Shown: piece after piece, positions 41,901 to 55,689 of the stretch
How positions within the stretch are numbered: the first letter of the stretch is position 1
Layout of the letters: the number at the start of each line of letters is the position of its first letter
From: the human T2T-CHM13v2.0 reference genome, Homo sapiens
Length of the DNA stretch: 64,000 bases
Strand: one strand, 5' to 3'
Assembly: GCF_009914755.1 (NCBI RefSeq)
Contig: NC_060936.1
The notes under the pieces: generated by a model
The model's database searches: none
Told to the model about the DNA's origin: nothing
Seen by the model: only the letters and a program-made list of their open reading frames with translations
Program-made: the position numbers and the translations under genes

Positions 41901-44900
41901 CCATCAGCAGTCCCCTGGGAGGAGGCCGAATGCCCCGGATCTCAAGGTCTAGGGCGAGGCTTGTTGTGTGAACTGGTGTGATGTGGGGTTGAGGGGGTGC
42001 AGACAGAGAGACGGGCCTGAGAAGTGGCCTGGTGCAGCAAGTCTTCTCAAAAGCTTTTGCCTTGAGAAGTACCCTGCAGGTTTGACCCGAAAGGTCATGG
42101 GAACCTGTTTTTTTATAGGCATCCAATTTGGGTTGTTAATTCAGCTGTGTGAGATTGCCGAGGTCCTGATGCGGCTCTGACCCATCCAGGCTCCCCTTGC
42201 CCTCTGCCTTCTGCCCCAAACTGTGTCACTTTTTGTTTCCCTCAAATGCTCTTTCCTTTCCTGTTCTCATCTTATCAACCCACATACGGCCCTCTGTTCC
42301 CTTCCCCTCCGTGTAAGGGTGGGAGGAAGTTGCCTAGCACACCTTTTGTTGTGGCCAGACAACTGATTGTACCTGGCCAGTGTCTGACACTTCACTTCCT
42401 ACAGGCTCAGCAACCTGCTGCTGGGGTTCTTTCCAGAAAGCTCGTAAAGCAAAGGCACCTAGAAGATGCCATGAGCTGGTAGTGAGGAGACACAGGAAGG
42501 CTCAAAGATACGTAGGGTGCCTCGAGAAGCATGGCCACTTCTGTTGATGCCCACTTACTCTCATATTTGGTGCTCCCACCCAGGGAATCATCTGTTTGTT
42601 TCCTTTTTGAGTCTCTGCCCCGCCCTGCCTCACCCACTCTGTTTCTCTGCCTTTCTTCTCTATCTTGTGACCTCTCCCTCTGGCATAAGGAATTCTTTGA
42701 TGTAGTTAGTACTACTGGCACCTTGATTTCATTCGTTTATTCTTCATGGGCTTTTTGTTGGTGGAGGTTGGTTGGTTTGTTTGAATGACTAGACGCTGGG
42801 CTGTCCTTCCCAGGGGAAGATGAAACTCCCAGGCAATTCTGTGATCAGTCTTGTTTAGTGTGTGTTTCTGGCAGGTAATAACACCTTGGGAGCCATCAGG
42901 CTGCACATGATAACAGTGAGACCCTGAGGCTTCAGCCACTTCCAGCCAGCAAACTGGTCACTGCAGCCAGTAGCACAGGGCATAGCTCTCAGCCATCCAC
43001 AGCTTCACACACAAAGCAGGAAGAGCAAAAGAGGGCCAGGAGCTGCAGCCCCACGCTGGGAGCCCGGCTGCCAGTCCCCTTGGGGCCAAAGACCCCTCGA
43101 GGGGAGTTCTGAAGGGGCATTTCAACTCAGTGTCTGTAACTCCAAACACACAAGAAAGGCAAGAAGGGCCCTCTCCTTCTAGCTGGAATTCCACTTTGGA
43201 GAAACACAAAAGCCCGTGGGTTTCCGACCTGGGGGTGGTGGCCCGGGACAGAGTCCTTTCCATGGTCCCTGTCCATCTTTAGCTTTATCCTGGTGCGTTC
43301 CCTGCCCTTTGTTTGTCTTCTTCTGCTCAGTGCTCCTCCTCCATCACTTCTGTCTCTCCACTCACACCAAACCAAAATGGGAATTCTGCTTAGAATTGCT
43401 TTCAACTACGCATACCTCATTCATTTGCTCTTCTGTCTGAAAGCCATGGCCTCTACCCTCAGCTTCTGTCTATCCCAGCTAACGTTTGTTTAACCTTCGC
43501 CTCTCTTAGCAAGTACCTGTTCATTCAGCTTTAGAAGGCTTGCAGCTTAAAACATGCTTGCCTTTGGCCTCCTTAAAATGTCTTGCCCCGCTGCCATACC
43601 CAGTGGCTCCAAGATTCAGCACCTCCCGACTCCTCCTGAGATGTGCATTTCTCCTGGTGGGAAGGGGAGATAAAAGGATCGTGAGGATCCCCCCACACAC
43701 ACCCTTAACCTACACCTGCTGGCTCCTGGCCATGAAGTTGGCGTCAGATGTCTCCAGCAGCCCCTGACCCCTGCCATTCCCAGCTCTCTCTCTGCACCAG
43801 CCTGACCACCTCCTCCCAACCTAGATCACCTCCGAGGTCTCTCCCTCAAAGCCCCACCCCTTGGTCTTCCTCCACACCATGACACCCCCCAACAGAACCA
43901 GCTGTTGTGTCTTGCAGGTCAAATTGAGATTGGAGGTAGTACAAGCGGAGAAGCGGAGCATGGGGAGGGGGTACTGGCTGGATGGAGACCTTCAGGTGGC
44001 TTGGAATGAAATTTATATCAGATCCACCTCCCTAAGTTCTGGACAAGACATTTTAAAAAATATAGCAAGGGTTCTGTAGCAGGACCACTATTTAGAGACT
44101 CACACTCCCATGACATTACTTTTGACATCTGTTTCAGAGGTGCGTGGAATCTTAGTGACACTGAGGTCATAGCATTGTCTCAATGGCAGCCATTGGAATT
44201 GGGCAGCCGTTTTCTGTAGGGCTAAGACCAGCCTTCCCTGGAGGAGATCAGAGGTAATCTGCACCTTTCAAAATCAGCCTGCCAAGGAGAATGCAGCCAT
44301 GGCTTATGCCCCCTTCACAATGCTCTCTGGCCACCTGACCGCAGGAGAGTATTGTGGAGGACAACTGGGTTGGGTATTCCAGCCTAGAGATCTACTGCTC
44401 AGCCCCTGAATTTCTATAATTCTTACCCTTGGCTGTGCTTTAAAAAAATAATAATTTTTAAAAAACTTTTTTTCGTATGGTGAAGAGCTATTTTTCAACT
44501 ACCTTTTAAGTCTCCAGAGAGACCATGTAATGTGGCAACCAGGAAACACATCCTGCGGCCTCCCACACCATCCTGGTGGGAAAATCCTCCACCTGGGAGG
44601 ATCCTGTCTCTGCTGGCCTCTGGCATTCCCTGAGTATCGCCCCTCAGCATCCTAAATGTGGCCTAGACCTGGCACTCCAATGAAAATAAGTGCATAGTGA
44701 GTGCCTTCCAGAAACAAAGACTTCATCCACTGAGGTGTTACTTCTCATTTGACCCTGAACTTAATTCAGAAAGACAGCTTTCCAGAGACCTCCCTCTCAT
44801 TAGCTGCCCTGCACCACTCCCCTCCTCACTGCCAGTTCTGCCAAAACAAGGCAATCTGCATAAGCATATTGAAGGAAGGAAATCGTCTTTCCTTTCTGTT

Positions 44901-46729
44901 TGCCCTGAGCCTGTTATCTGGAACCACTAACCAGAGCTCGCTGTCTCTGAAAATGCCCGACCTCTGCCTCAGATACGGAATAATAACCTCATTTCATTTA
45001 TATCAATTTCGTGAACAAATTAAGTTAATTGCCCCAATATCATGAAATCATTGAAAATTACCAGATCATTAGAAAACAAGGATGAAAGAATTGGCTGCTC
45101 AGAAATTTCTCCACGCCTACCATTAGTGGAGACAGTGCCATATGAAAAATCAGCCAGAATGTTCAGGTTATGTAAGCAGCTCTGTTGGCTGCCCTAAAAG
45201 GGGAATGCAGTCTCCAGGCTTGGGGGTGTATGTCTTCAGGGAATCCTACGGCCCCTTTCTTCCCCAAGAAAGACCACAGATGGGAGAAACTACAAACTAA
45301 CTCAGGGCACCGGCAGCAAATCTGGGAAGGGGTCAGAGATTAATGGCCCAAGTATTGATGGCTACCAACAAATTCTGAATTTACATCCAAAGGTAGAACT
45401 GATGCTTTGTAGTTTCTCAAGGGGCTGTACTTGGTATTTAAAGAGAGTGGCAAACCACAGAAACTAAAAGTGCTGATCCTGGGATACCACAGATGTCCAA
45501 CTCCAGCAAGTCCAATCTCTCCTTCCATCTCAGCAGGGGATTCATTTGCCAAGGCGAAAGGGTACCAAAGACTCTAAGGATGACGTGGGATCATGTAGGA
45601 AACGCCCAGGGCATCAGTAGACCTCGGGGGCCTTGGGGGCAGGGGCTGTGGCTTAGGCTGCTTCCTATTGTTACCATGTAGAAATCACTCAGGGATTGCT
45701 CTCTGATTTCATCGCGAGTGGTTATTCATTTATGAGACCACGGACCTTGTAAACAGCTCCTCATGTGGAAACAGGTGTGAGCGGTGGTAGAGGCAACAGT
45801 GTCCTAGCTACTCAAAAATGCCCTGTGAACAGCATGGCTTAAGGCTCAAGAAAAACTTAATCTTTGAGTCTCTAGATTCTTCCAAAGTTGGTCTCTTTGG
45901 AGAGTTGTCATTACCGGGGCAGGAGAATGCCACACAGACATCTCAGAGCGTCCTCATTCTTCCTCTTTCTACTGTCCTCATAGCTGCTCCTGACTTTCTC
46001 TTGTCTGCCATTATAGAGACATGCCATAGGAAATGTTAAATCAATACATGTTACTAAAATACAAAATACTATCAAGATTATCTGAACAGATCCAAAGTCA
46101 AGTCTTGAAGTGAAATATGACTTAAATAAATGAGGTCTTAAATGGGAGCTATAAAATGCAACAAGAGAAAAGACAGTTAAGACAAATGTTTAAAAATCCC
46201 AAATGAAGGATTCTGAATGTTTAAGAAGTAAAACAGGTTTTTTTTGGTTTTGTTTTGTTTTGTTTTTGTTTTTTTGATGCCTAGAGGTTGGTTCAATTAG
46301 GCCAGGCAAGCCAAGTACCTGGGTGCGTTGTCAGAATTATCTCCATTTTGGTCCTGTTCAGGCTGGGATTGACCCAGAAGACCTTCAAGCATTTGCCCAG
46401 GGTTCTTAGAAGTGATGAGCAGCTGTGATGGTTTTCAGGATGGATCCAAGAGGCCAGCAATGGCTCAAGCTTCCTGGGAGCTCTGCCCAACACTCAGGAG
46501 TTAACATGGTGTAGGTTACCTCCCTCTGGACCTCCCTCCCTGCCCCACTGAAGCCTGAGAAACACAGAACTCCTTGTCCATGAGCAAGGGAGCTCAAGCA
46601 CTGGGCCAGGAGCGGGGCAGAAAGGTGCCAGTGGATAGCTAGACCTGACCATCCTGGGCAACTATCACACACCAGAGCAAAAGGGGTTTAGGTGCTTTGC
46701 CAAGAAATTTCTTCTGTGCATGCCTGTAT

Positions 46730-46770
<41 letters not shown>

Positions 46771-46792
46771 TGTGTGTGTGCGCGTGTGTGTG
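46730..46792 (+). repeat. Compound microsatellite (GA)~20 followed by (TG/CG)n
   Basis: Read directly. Confidence 0.95.
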
Positions 46793-47820
46793 TCTGCCTA
46801 TGTTTGTCTCTGTGTTCAATCTCAGTCTGCTAGCCAAATCCTAGGGACCCCACACCCTGCAATCACAAGGACTGACCTGGCAGGTGGAATCTTCATGAAG
46901 CAGAAGCTGAGATCTAGAGATCCAGATTTAGAGTGTTCTGTAAAGCCTAGAGAAGTGTCCCTTTCTTTCTCCTCCCTCACCTCACCCTATATCTCCACCA
47001 TCCCCTAAAAGGGCATCCTACCAACTAGCTATGAAAAAAAAAAGAATTTGCTGAGAAATCTGTTACCCAAGAAATATTTTCAGGCTGCAAGCAAATGTCT
47101 AGTTGTGCACATTTCCATCCTTCAAAAATTCCATAACACATTTTCCTTGTTTGTACCTTAAAAACAGAAATACAAGAGCAACCATCTGAAAGTGGAGAGT
47201 AAAAGCCAAGTCCTGACTTTCTAGAAAGAGTTAGCAGCTCAGATGGTCAAGATCAGTCGGGGCTGAGCCCTCTGTGCTGGAGCCCAAAACGTAAGGGCAC
47301 CTTCCCAGATCCAGGCTCCAGGAACTCGGGGAGAGGGCTGGCCCTGGGATACTCACCAGAGGCCAGTTTCCTCAGCTCCTACCCCCAAATGAGTTCAGCA
47401 GTCAGACCCGTGAGAACAGCTTCCTGGGGTGTTAGTGTCCTAAATTGTGTGCAGGGCTTTCAAGTTTAGAAAACAATTCAACAGTCATTATTTCATGCCA
47501 ACGGTCAGGGCTCGCCGCACCTATAGACCAACAGCTAAGCAAGGCCATCTCCTGCCTGAGCCTGAGCTTTCAGAACAAGCCCCATTATGGAGTGGGTTGA
47601 GGCCACCTCTGGAGGCCCTCCTCAGTGTTGACTTGAAGTCGGTCTCCCCTAAACCTGAGAGGCCACTGCCCTTGCTTTGTTTAAATATATGTGGGCAAGG
47701 ATAGGCTCTGGGGTCAGCAAGGCCTCTGTCCTTCAGCTGGCCCTGCCTGGGGTAAGCTAAAGTGCACAAAGCCTAAGTCCTCATAGGTTAACAATGGCTA
47801 ATAAAAAACAAATTAAAACA

Positions 47821-48141
47821 GGCTTGGCACAGTGGCTTACACCGGTAATCCCAGTACTTTGGGAGGCCAAGGCAGGAGGATCGCTTGAGGCCAGCCCACG
47901 AGTTTGAGACCAGCCTGGGCAGTATAGTGAGACCCTGTCTCTAAAAAAATTAAAATAAAAAATTTAAATTAGCCGGGCATGGTGGCACGTTCCTATAGTC
48001 CTAACTACTAGGGAGGCTGATGTGGGAGGATCATTTGAGCCCAGGAGTTCAAGGCTGCAGTGAGCTGTGATTATGCCACTGCACTCCAGCCTGGGCAACA
48101 GAGCTGAGACCCTGTCTCTAAAACCAAACCAAACAAAAAAA
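47821..48141 (+). mobile_element. AluJ
   Basis: Full dimer with J diagnostics (ggaggatcatttgagcccaggagttcaaggctgcag) and an A-rich tail. Confidence 0.93.
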
Positions 48142-48382
48142 TTATAAACCTCCATCCACAAAATCCCAAAGACCTCATCTGCTTATCTAATAATATTATG
48201 AATGTGAGTTATTTAAAGGGCATAGGTAGGAGAATGCCTGTGGGTCCTTGATTGACATGAGACCCAGCAACACAGACCCCACACTCATGGGGACGCCCCA
48301 GGACCTGCCAGGCCTACGCTTTCACGTTTCTTTCACTTGTTTCCTTTTGCCCTCTTCTGCCACTGTGTTGCTCCCGTGTCAG

Positions 48383-48487
48383 CCAAGACCTAGAATACCG
48401 GGCATCTTCATGGGAGACTCATTACAGCTTATCTCTATCTGCCTTTCTTTAAAGCCAGCTGAACATACCCAATGCTCTCCCTCTATG
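48383..48487 (+). CDS. CACNA1C: CACNA1C exon 33L (105 nt, upstream acceptor): PRPRIPGIFMGDSLQLISICLSLK + PAEHTQCSPSM
   Basis: Acceptor gtcag|CCA lies 72 nt upstream of exon 33, in frame and stop-free. The size fits the published human exon 33L (rat 104 nt plus one), as I recall it. Confidence 0.8.
48455..48487 (+). CDS. CACNA1C: CACNA1C cassette exon 33 (33 nt): PAEHTQCSPSM, IVS3-S4 linker
   Basis: Weak acceptor ttaaag|CCA, donor ATG|gtaaga; phase 0/0. Confidence 0.95.
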
Positions 48488-48596
48488 GTAAGACCAACCC
48501 TCCCGACCATGCTCCCGGCTTCCGTGTCCCCCTCTAACACCCCCACTCTCCCCACCCCGAACTCCAGAGCCCCTGGGAGCCCCGCCTGGCTCTCAT

Positions 48597-48602
48597 TGCA
48601 TG
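48597..48602 (+). promoter_or_regulatory. RBFOX element (UGCAUG) 110 nt downstream of exon 33
   Basis: Exact hexamer in a position typical of inclusion-promoting sites; Fox regulation of Cav1.2 exon 33 is established. Confidence 0.7.
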
Positions 48603-51535
48603 TGGCCACTGTGTCTGCCGTGTGCCTTGCCTGCCTGTTCCCTTCTCGTGTGAGCTGTGAAGATGCTGTTTGTGCAGTGGTGGTGTTTTACCCCTGAGCT
48701 TTCCTTGGGGTGGTAATTCACTGTGATCTTGACTATCTAACAAGCCACTGGGAGAGAATGGGACCCGAGGTCCATTTCCTGTTAAACACCCTGAGGACTC
48801 CACCGGCCAAAGCCTCTAACCTTAATCTGATAGGAGAAATTTGCAGAGGGTACCTATGAGAGCCATGGTAGGGCTCCAGGGTAAGGAGGGAAGACAGGTG
48901 CTCTAGGCAGGAGATGGAAGGGTGGACGATGATTCCTGTTAATCAGTGTCTGTGGCTCCTAGCTTCCCTGTGCTTCAAGTGAAAGGCCACCATAAAAGGT
49001 TTCAGCTGGGATTTGTTACTGAGCGCGTGATTGAATTTCCAGTCACTCCAACCTTGCTATCCCTTGCATTTTTCTAAATTCCTGAAGTCCGTTAAAATTA
49101 GGCTGCAGCCACTGTTCCGCAGCAAGCTGGAAGCAGAAAAACAAGCTCCGTTGATTGGACCACTCCTGTTGTAGGAGTCTCTGATTCGCGTTGGTTGAAG
49201 TGATAAAAGAGACGCCATTCAGTGTGACCTTGAAGCCTCCTTGGCCCAGCCGCCTCCAAAAGGCTGCCGTTATGCATTTCTAACCGGGCCAAGTATGAGT
49301 TTTTAGAAGGACCAGTGGGGTTGATTGACCAAGCCACCAAGTCTGCAGGCCGAGGCAAGCTTGGGTGGGTTGATGTGTTCCCCAGTGCAGCCTGGCGCTG
49401 CCTGGCCACAAGGCTGCCACAGGAAAGGCTGAGCCCGGGTGCTCTACCCCGCTTCCTGGGGACTCTGCTTCTGGGATCAGCCATCTGGATCTGCCTCCTT
49501 TTTGCATTGTTATTTGGTTTATTAGAGCAAATTGGTGCATCCGAATGGCAGTGAGTTTATTCTCCTTCTCGAGCAGCATTAGGAAACTGCAGCCACAGGG
49601 GAGGGCTCTGAACAGTGGAATGGAATTCACGCTGCAAGCTTGGTGTTTGGCGTTTTTTGGGTTTTTTTGTTTGTTTATTTTGTTTTTTTAACTGAGCAGA
49701 TCCAGATGCCCCTGTGGCACCAACTTCTCAAACTCTTGACACTTGCAGCTAAAGTTCTCCACTTAAGCTTGTTCTTTTTTTTCTCCTTTCTCGAACACGG
49801 TGGAACTGACAGCTGAGTTATAAAATCCTAAGCCTCCTCTGCATACTCCTCTGGGGAAACACAACCTCCTTTTAAGGAGTGAAAATAGAAGTTCAAGCAG
49901 ATACACAGGTGATAGAAATACAGAGATTAAGGTCATCAAAGGCTTCAGAACACATAGGCAGGGAAGAGCCCAGGGCAGGACAGGGCTGCTGCCTGCAGCT
50001 CTTGACCCAGCCCCTCAGGTACCCGTGCAGCAGGTCCCGAGTCCCACCTGTCTGTCCCCTGCCTTGAGGGGAACGGGAGCCTTAGGAGGAACTGAGGCAG
50101 CTCTAATTTTGAAATATAAGAAATATTTTTGCTCTTCTCCTGTTTGGAAGATCTGGAAAGCAGGAGAGGTCTCTGGCTTGCTTCTGGGCAGAGTGGTGGC
50201 TGCCTTCGGGTCTCCCTGCTTCCCTCATAATCTCCTGTCCTGCATAGTGAGGGGAGCGGCCTCTGACGCCTCATCAGGGTGGGCCAGAGCAGGCAGCGCA
50301 GTTAGAAGGGCTTTAGCGCTGGATATTGCCAGTGAGAGTCTGACCTAGAAATAATTAAAGATAAAAGGCAAGGTAAAGCAAGGAGTGGGGAGGGCCCAGG
50401 TGGCCCTAGTAACAACCTGAGCCCTCCCACCTCGCGGGAGGTGTGGACGGGACCAGTAACAGGAAGCCCCGAGGGTCCATTCTCTCCCGGTGCCCGCAGG
50501 TCTGGGTGAGCTGCACTAGCTCTGGATTTGGCAGTGGCTTCCTCCTGGGTTCCTGCTCACCAGGCCGATGTGGGCAGGAGGAGGGCCAAGTGGGGAGTCA
50601 GCTCATGTTCCCAGGTTTGGAGGCAGAGGACCGCAGGGCAGCCCATCCTGCCCCCTGAGCCCTGGCCAGGCATGTGCCCAAGCCCCCAGGCTCCCCCAGG
50701 TCCAACAGCAGCAGCCCAAGCACCTCCAGTCACCTTGGCCTGCACTCCACCCTTCCTCCCCTTCACCTTCCCTCTCCCCTTCCCCAGGGCCCCTGAGGGA
50801 GACCATCTGCAGAAGCGTCACTTGCAAGGGAGGCCTCCCCTCCCTTACGCTGCCCCTCTCCCTTCCAGGGTCTTGTACAGCCTGAAGGGTTGGAGCCTCC
50901 TAGAGGCCCCAGGGCAGAGGGGAGTAGGAGGGCAACAGCTTCGGAGCAAGGGCTGCAAACCAGACCCTCTCCAGCACTGAGTAGCACCCGTAATCCCTCC
51001 CTTTGGGACAGGGGCTGTGGAAAGTAGAAGGAGGTGATACAAGGAAAGTGCTGGAGTCCCAAGCAGCTGGGGCATGAGGTCCTTCAGGGGGCAGCCCACC
51101 AGGACCCCCAAATCCACGCATACCTACAGCTGGGAGAGAGGCCAGCCACCAACCCACGTCCTCGGAGAGTGCTGGGCTCCACTTAGGACACAGGACTGTC
51201 TGCCCAGACAAACGGGAGACAGGCTAGGACTGCTTCCTCAGCAGTGCAGAGGAGGGGTTCCCAGGGCAGCTGGCTCTGGGCCTAGAAGATTCCAAAGCCT
51301 ATGGTAGTTCCTGATGGAGTCGTCTGTCCTCCATCCAGGGCATTAAGAACTAGGAATGAAGGGGAATCGGGGAGAATAAAAACACAGGACCACAGCCCAG
51401 CGGCCTGGGCACAGTCTAGCTCTGCAGAGACCATGGGGCTGGGCTGTCCACTCATTAAAGTGGGCGGCCGCCCTCCCATCGGAGGGGGAAGTCTAGTGCA
51501 GCAAACCCTGGCCTGCCTTCCACCACTGCCACTGA

Positions 51536-51913
<378 letters not shown>

Positions 51914-53154
51914 TAGACGAAGCATGTGGTTTCCAAGGCAGGCTCAGAGCCCCAGAAGGCCAGGTGGTAAAGGAGGGATGGGAGCTAAGGGGAGGCAGAA
52001 AGGGTCTGCCTTACTTTTAACCATCGTTTATGTCTTTCTGCACAAGAATTTACTGGACAAAGGGGTTTTGTGGTAAGGAACAAACCTGAAAAACACGGGC
52101 CTGGACAACCTGGTGACCGCTATGGCCCTTCGAGTTCAGCATTTCCAGAATCTGGCCATCGCCCTCCTCCCCGTAGGCGTTTCAGCAGCATCTGCTGACA
52201 GCACCTGTCATGTCCTCGGCCAGAGTCGCAGGACCCTGGTGTCCTCCGCTCGGCTAGAGAGGCCCTTCGAATGGGCCCAGGACTGCCTGGCCATGTGATC
52301 AGTTCCTCCGCTCAGCCATTGTTTTCCCATTAAAACAGAGTGACAATCAGCCCCTGCCAGCTCGGAGGAGTCTTTGTAGGTTTGAAGTTAAGGAGAAGCA
52401 AAGCGCTTGGGTCACTTGACTTCCCCCAGATGAGCGCAGAACCCGTGAAGGCGGTTTCATGCTTCCCTGGGCTGGCGGAACGCAGGCTTCTCTCCCCCCA
52501 TGGAGGGGCCGCTCTCAGCCTTTCCAAGACGAGAATCTGTCAGGGAAGATGGTCTTTGTGTGCCCCACCCTGGCCAGTCCCTGCCCGGGGACAGGGCATG
52601 CCTGGGCCTGGTCCAGGTGAGGAAAGATGCCCGTCCCCGCTCTGCCCCCAGCAGCCTCCTGCCAGGGACTGACCATCCAAGGCTCTCGAGGGAGCTCCCA
52701 ATGGTCAGGCTGACCCCTGCCTAGTGATGAGCTGGGGCTCCTGCACTCTGAGCCCAGCTCAGCCCAGGCTCTGGGGATTCGGAATAGTAGACACCAGCGG
52801 AAGCAGGACTGCCGCTGACTCTGTACTTGGGTGCACGCGGAACCCACGGCTGTGAGTTGCCATACTCTCCCTGCCCCCCACCCCCGACATCTCCTGGGGC
52901 TGGGAAGAGGCACAGACCGGGTGACTGCGAGGGCCTGATGGCGGCGCAGGCGTTCGGGCCAGGCAGCTGGCGCCTGCTCTGACGGCACCCTCTAGTGACC
53001 GGTGGCCACGGCTGAAGCGGCGCCCGGGAACACGGGCTGGGCCTCCCATCCTGGGGACCATGGCCTGTCCCCAGAAGTCACGGGGGCTCTGGAAAATTAG
53101 TTGTCTGAGTTGCCAGGCAGATAATGCATGGAGCGAATAGAGCGTATGGAACCC

Positions 53155-53335
53155 AGCTCTGCAAGGCATTGCACTAAGCACTTTATAAGCCTTAAATCTT
53201 TTCAACCACAAAACCGCTGAGAGGTATTATTATTGTTTCCATTTTTCTGATGAGGAGACTGAAGTTCAGAGAAGTTAAGTGCCCCAACCCTCACAGATAG
53301 AAAGTGGCAGAAACAGGATTTGAACCCATGATCTT
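53155..53335 (-). mobile_element. MIR SINE
   Basis: aggtattattattgtttccatttttctgatgaggagactgaagttcagagaagttaagtg...ggatttgaaccc matches the MIR core. Confidence 0.85.
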
Positions 53336-53819
53336 TCTTTTAAATTTTTCCTTATTAAATGTTTCCATTGCAATAGTAATACCCGCTCACTACAACTAGT
53401 GGGATGGAATTAAGCTGTGTAAAGAAAGGGTGTAACTTGCCACCACCCCACTCCTCCACAGGTAACCACAGTCAGCGGGGTGCTGTCCTCCACGATTTCT
53501 CCTGCCTCGTACAGACACACCGCACATGTGTAGTCGGAGGAGGTTTTGCTCGTTCTTGATTGTTTTGCCCAGGTAGTGTCGCACTATATCGTTACTCTGC
53601 GGCCTGCTTTGAAAACCAAGCTGAAATGGGAAGTCAGTTCCGGTTTCTCAGACCTTCTCGCAGGTTCCCCGTAGTCCTGTGGGACTCTTGGAAGTGTCCC
53701 CCGGCCCAAACCGGGCAATAGCTGATGGCTGCAGAGACAGGGATGCGGCGCTCCCTGGGAAGGGGCCCAGCTGGCCTCTGCACTCCAGCCTCATGGGAGT
53801 CTCCTGCACTTCCTTCCAG

Positions 53820-53885
53820 GCCCTGCCCTATGTGGCCCTCCTGATCGTGATGCTGTTCTTCATCTACGCGGTGATCGGGATGCAG
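53820..53885 (+). CDS. CACNA1C: CACNA1C exon 35 (66 nt): [25 protein letters not shown]5
   Basis: Acceptor ttccag|GCC, donor CAG|gtagg. Confidence 0.97.
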
Positions 53886-55131
53886 GTAGGGAGGCTCCCA
53901 CCACGGGGCTCCTGGCCTCCCGCTCTGTCTCTCCCCAGTTCCCAGCACCACATTCCCTAACGCCTTCCTCCCTCCCTTCTCCCTTTCATTCCTGACTGTC
54001 CCTCTCCCTCCTCTTCCATTTTCTGAGGCCCAAAAAGCCACAGGAATTGGAACTTTCCCCAAATGGATCTCCTGTAGGTAGCAGGAGAATGTCCCGGTAC
54101 AGAATACACAGCCCAGAGAGCCTCCCTCCCCGAGGCCTGGGTTCTGCTCTTGGTAGAGGAAAGACACTCTCCAGTTATGCAAGGGGCCTCGGGACAGACA
54201 CAGCCCCTTCTCAAGAAACAGCAGCAAGGTGTGTCTGTTTGTGTCCAGCACCCCTGTTTGTGTCCAGGTCTGATGGGCCTGAGAGTTACCCCAACCAGAT
54301 TCATTTGAAGCTAATGGCTGAGAGGGAGGGAGGAAAGAAGGAAGCAAGGAAGGGCCAAATCAACACAAGGTTCACCGCATCAAATGTGCAGCAGTTTTCT
54401 GGGGCCTCCCCTCCCAGGTGCCCACTGCACCATTCACCGCAAACCTAGGGCTCTCCATTCCCGTCTTGGGGCTCCAGCTTGAGTCCCAAGGCCAAACTTG
54501 GCAGGGCGCCCACACTAGCCCAAAGCGCTTCCTCGGCCGCTCCTTCAGGAAGTCCCCTACTTGCTCATCGCAGAAAGACCCAAGATTCAGTTGCCAAAAC
54601 CTTTTGAGACTAAAAGAGCTACCTTGATACCTGATAAAGGTGGCAGTTTCTAAGATAAGCACAGCTTTAAAAGACCAGGAAGAAAAGGGATTTCAGGAAT
54701 GCATTAAGCTTGCCCTAGCCTCAGATCACTCACTCCACATCACTCCAAAATGCAAGAACTAAATTTGAAAGAGTGCTTGGACATGCAGAACTGAAATAGC
54801 AAAGAAAATAACGCAGTGCATCCTGTGTCCTGTCAGAAGCAGGATCCCGGTCCCAGCATCCACCGCTCTCAGCCCCAGCTCCCACTGGGCTGCAGGGACC
54901 TTCCTGAGGCTGTGGGCACTTTGATTCTCATGCTTGTCCAGTGTAGGGATTTGGGCTCAGGGGCTGGGTGGGGCAGCAGGTGCCTGCCAGGTTGCATGGG
55001 AAGACTGTTCAGCTTGTGGCAGCCAGTTCCAGGGACACCTGAGACCCCTGAAGAGACCATTGAACAATGGTGGGAAATTAGGACCCTATCTGTCCACAAA
55101 TCACTGAACACCTCTTCCTTCTCTCTCCTAG

Positions 55132-55455
<324 letters not shown>

Positions 55456-55689
55456 TAGGGGAGCAAAAGTCACATGCTAAAAGCAGCCTGGCTTGGAATC
55501 TGAACAGGCCCAAAGCCAACCTGCCGACACGCTTTGTGACCTTGAGTGAGATATCTAACTTCTCTGAACCTCAGTTTTCTTGTCCAATAAGTACAGATAT
55601 CTATCACTATACCAGCACCTGTGCCATTTGCCGTGCTGGGCGCTTATGTCCACATGCACTGGGCGTCATCCTCACTTAATCCTCAACAC

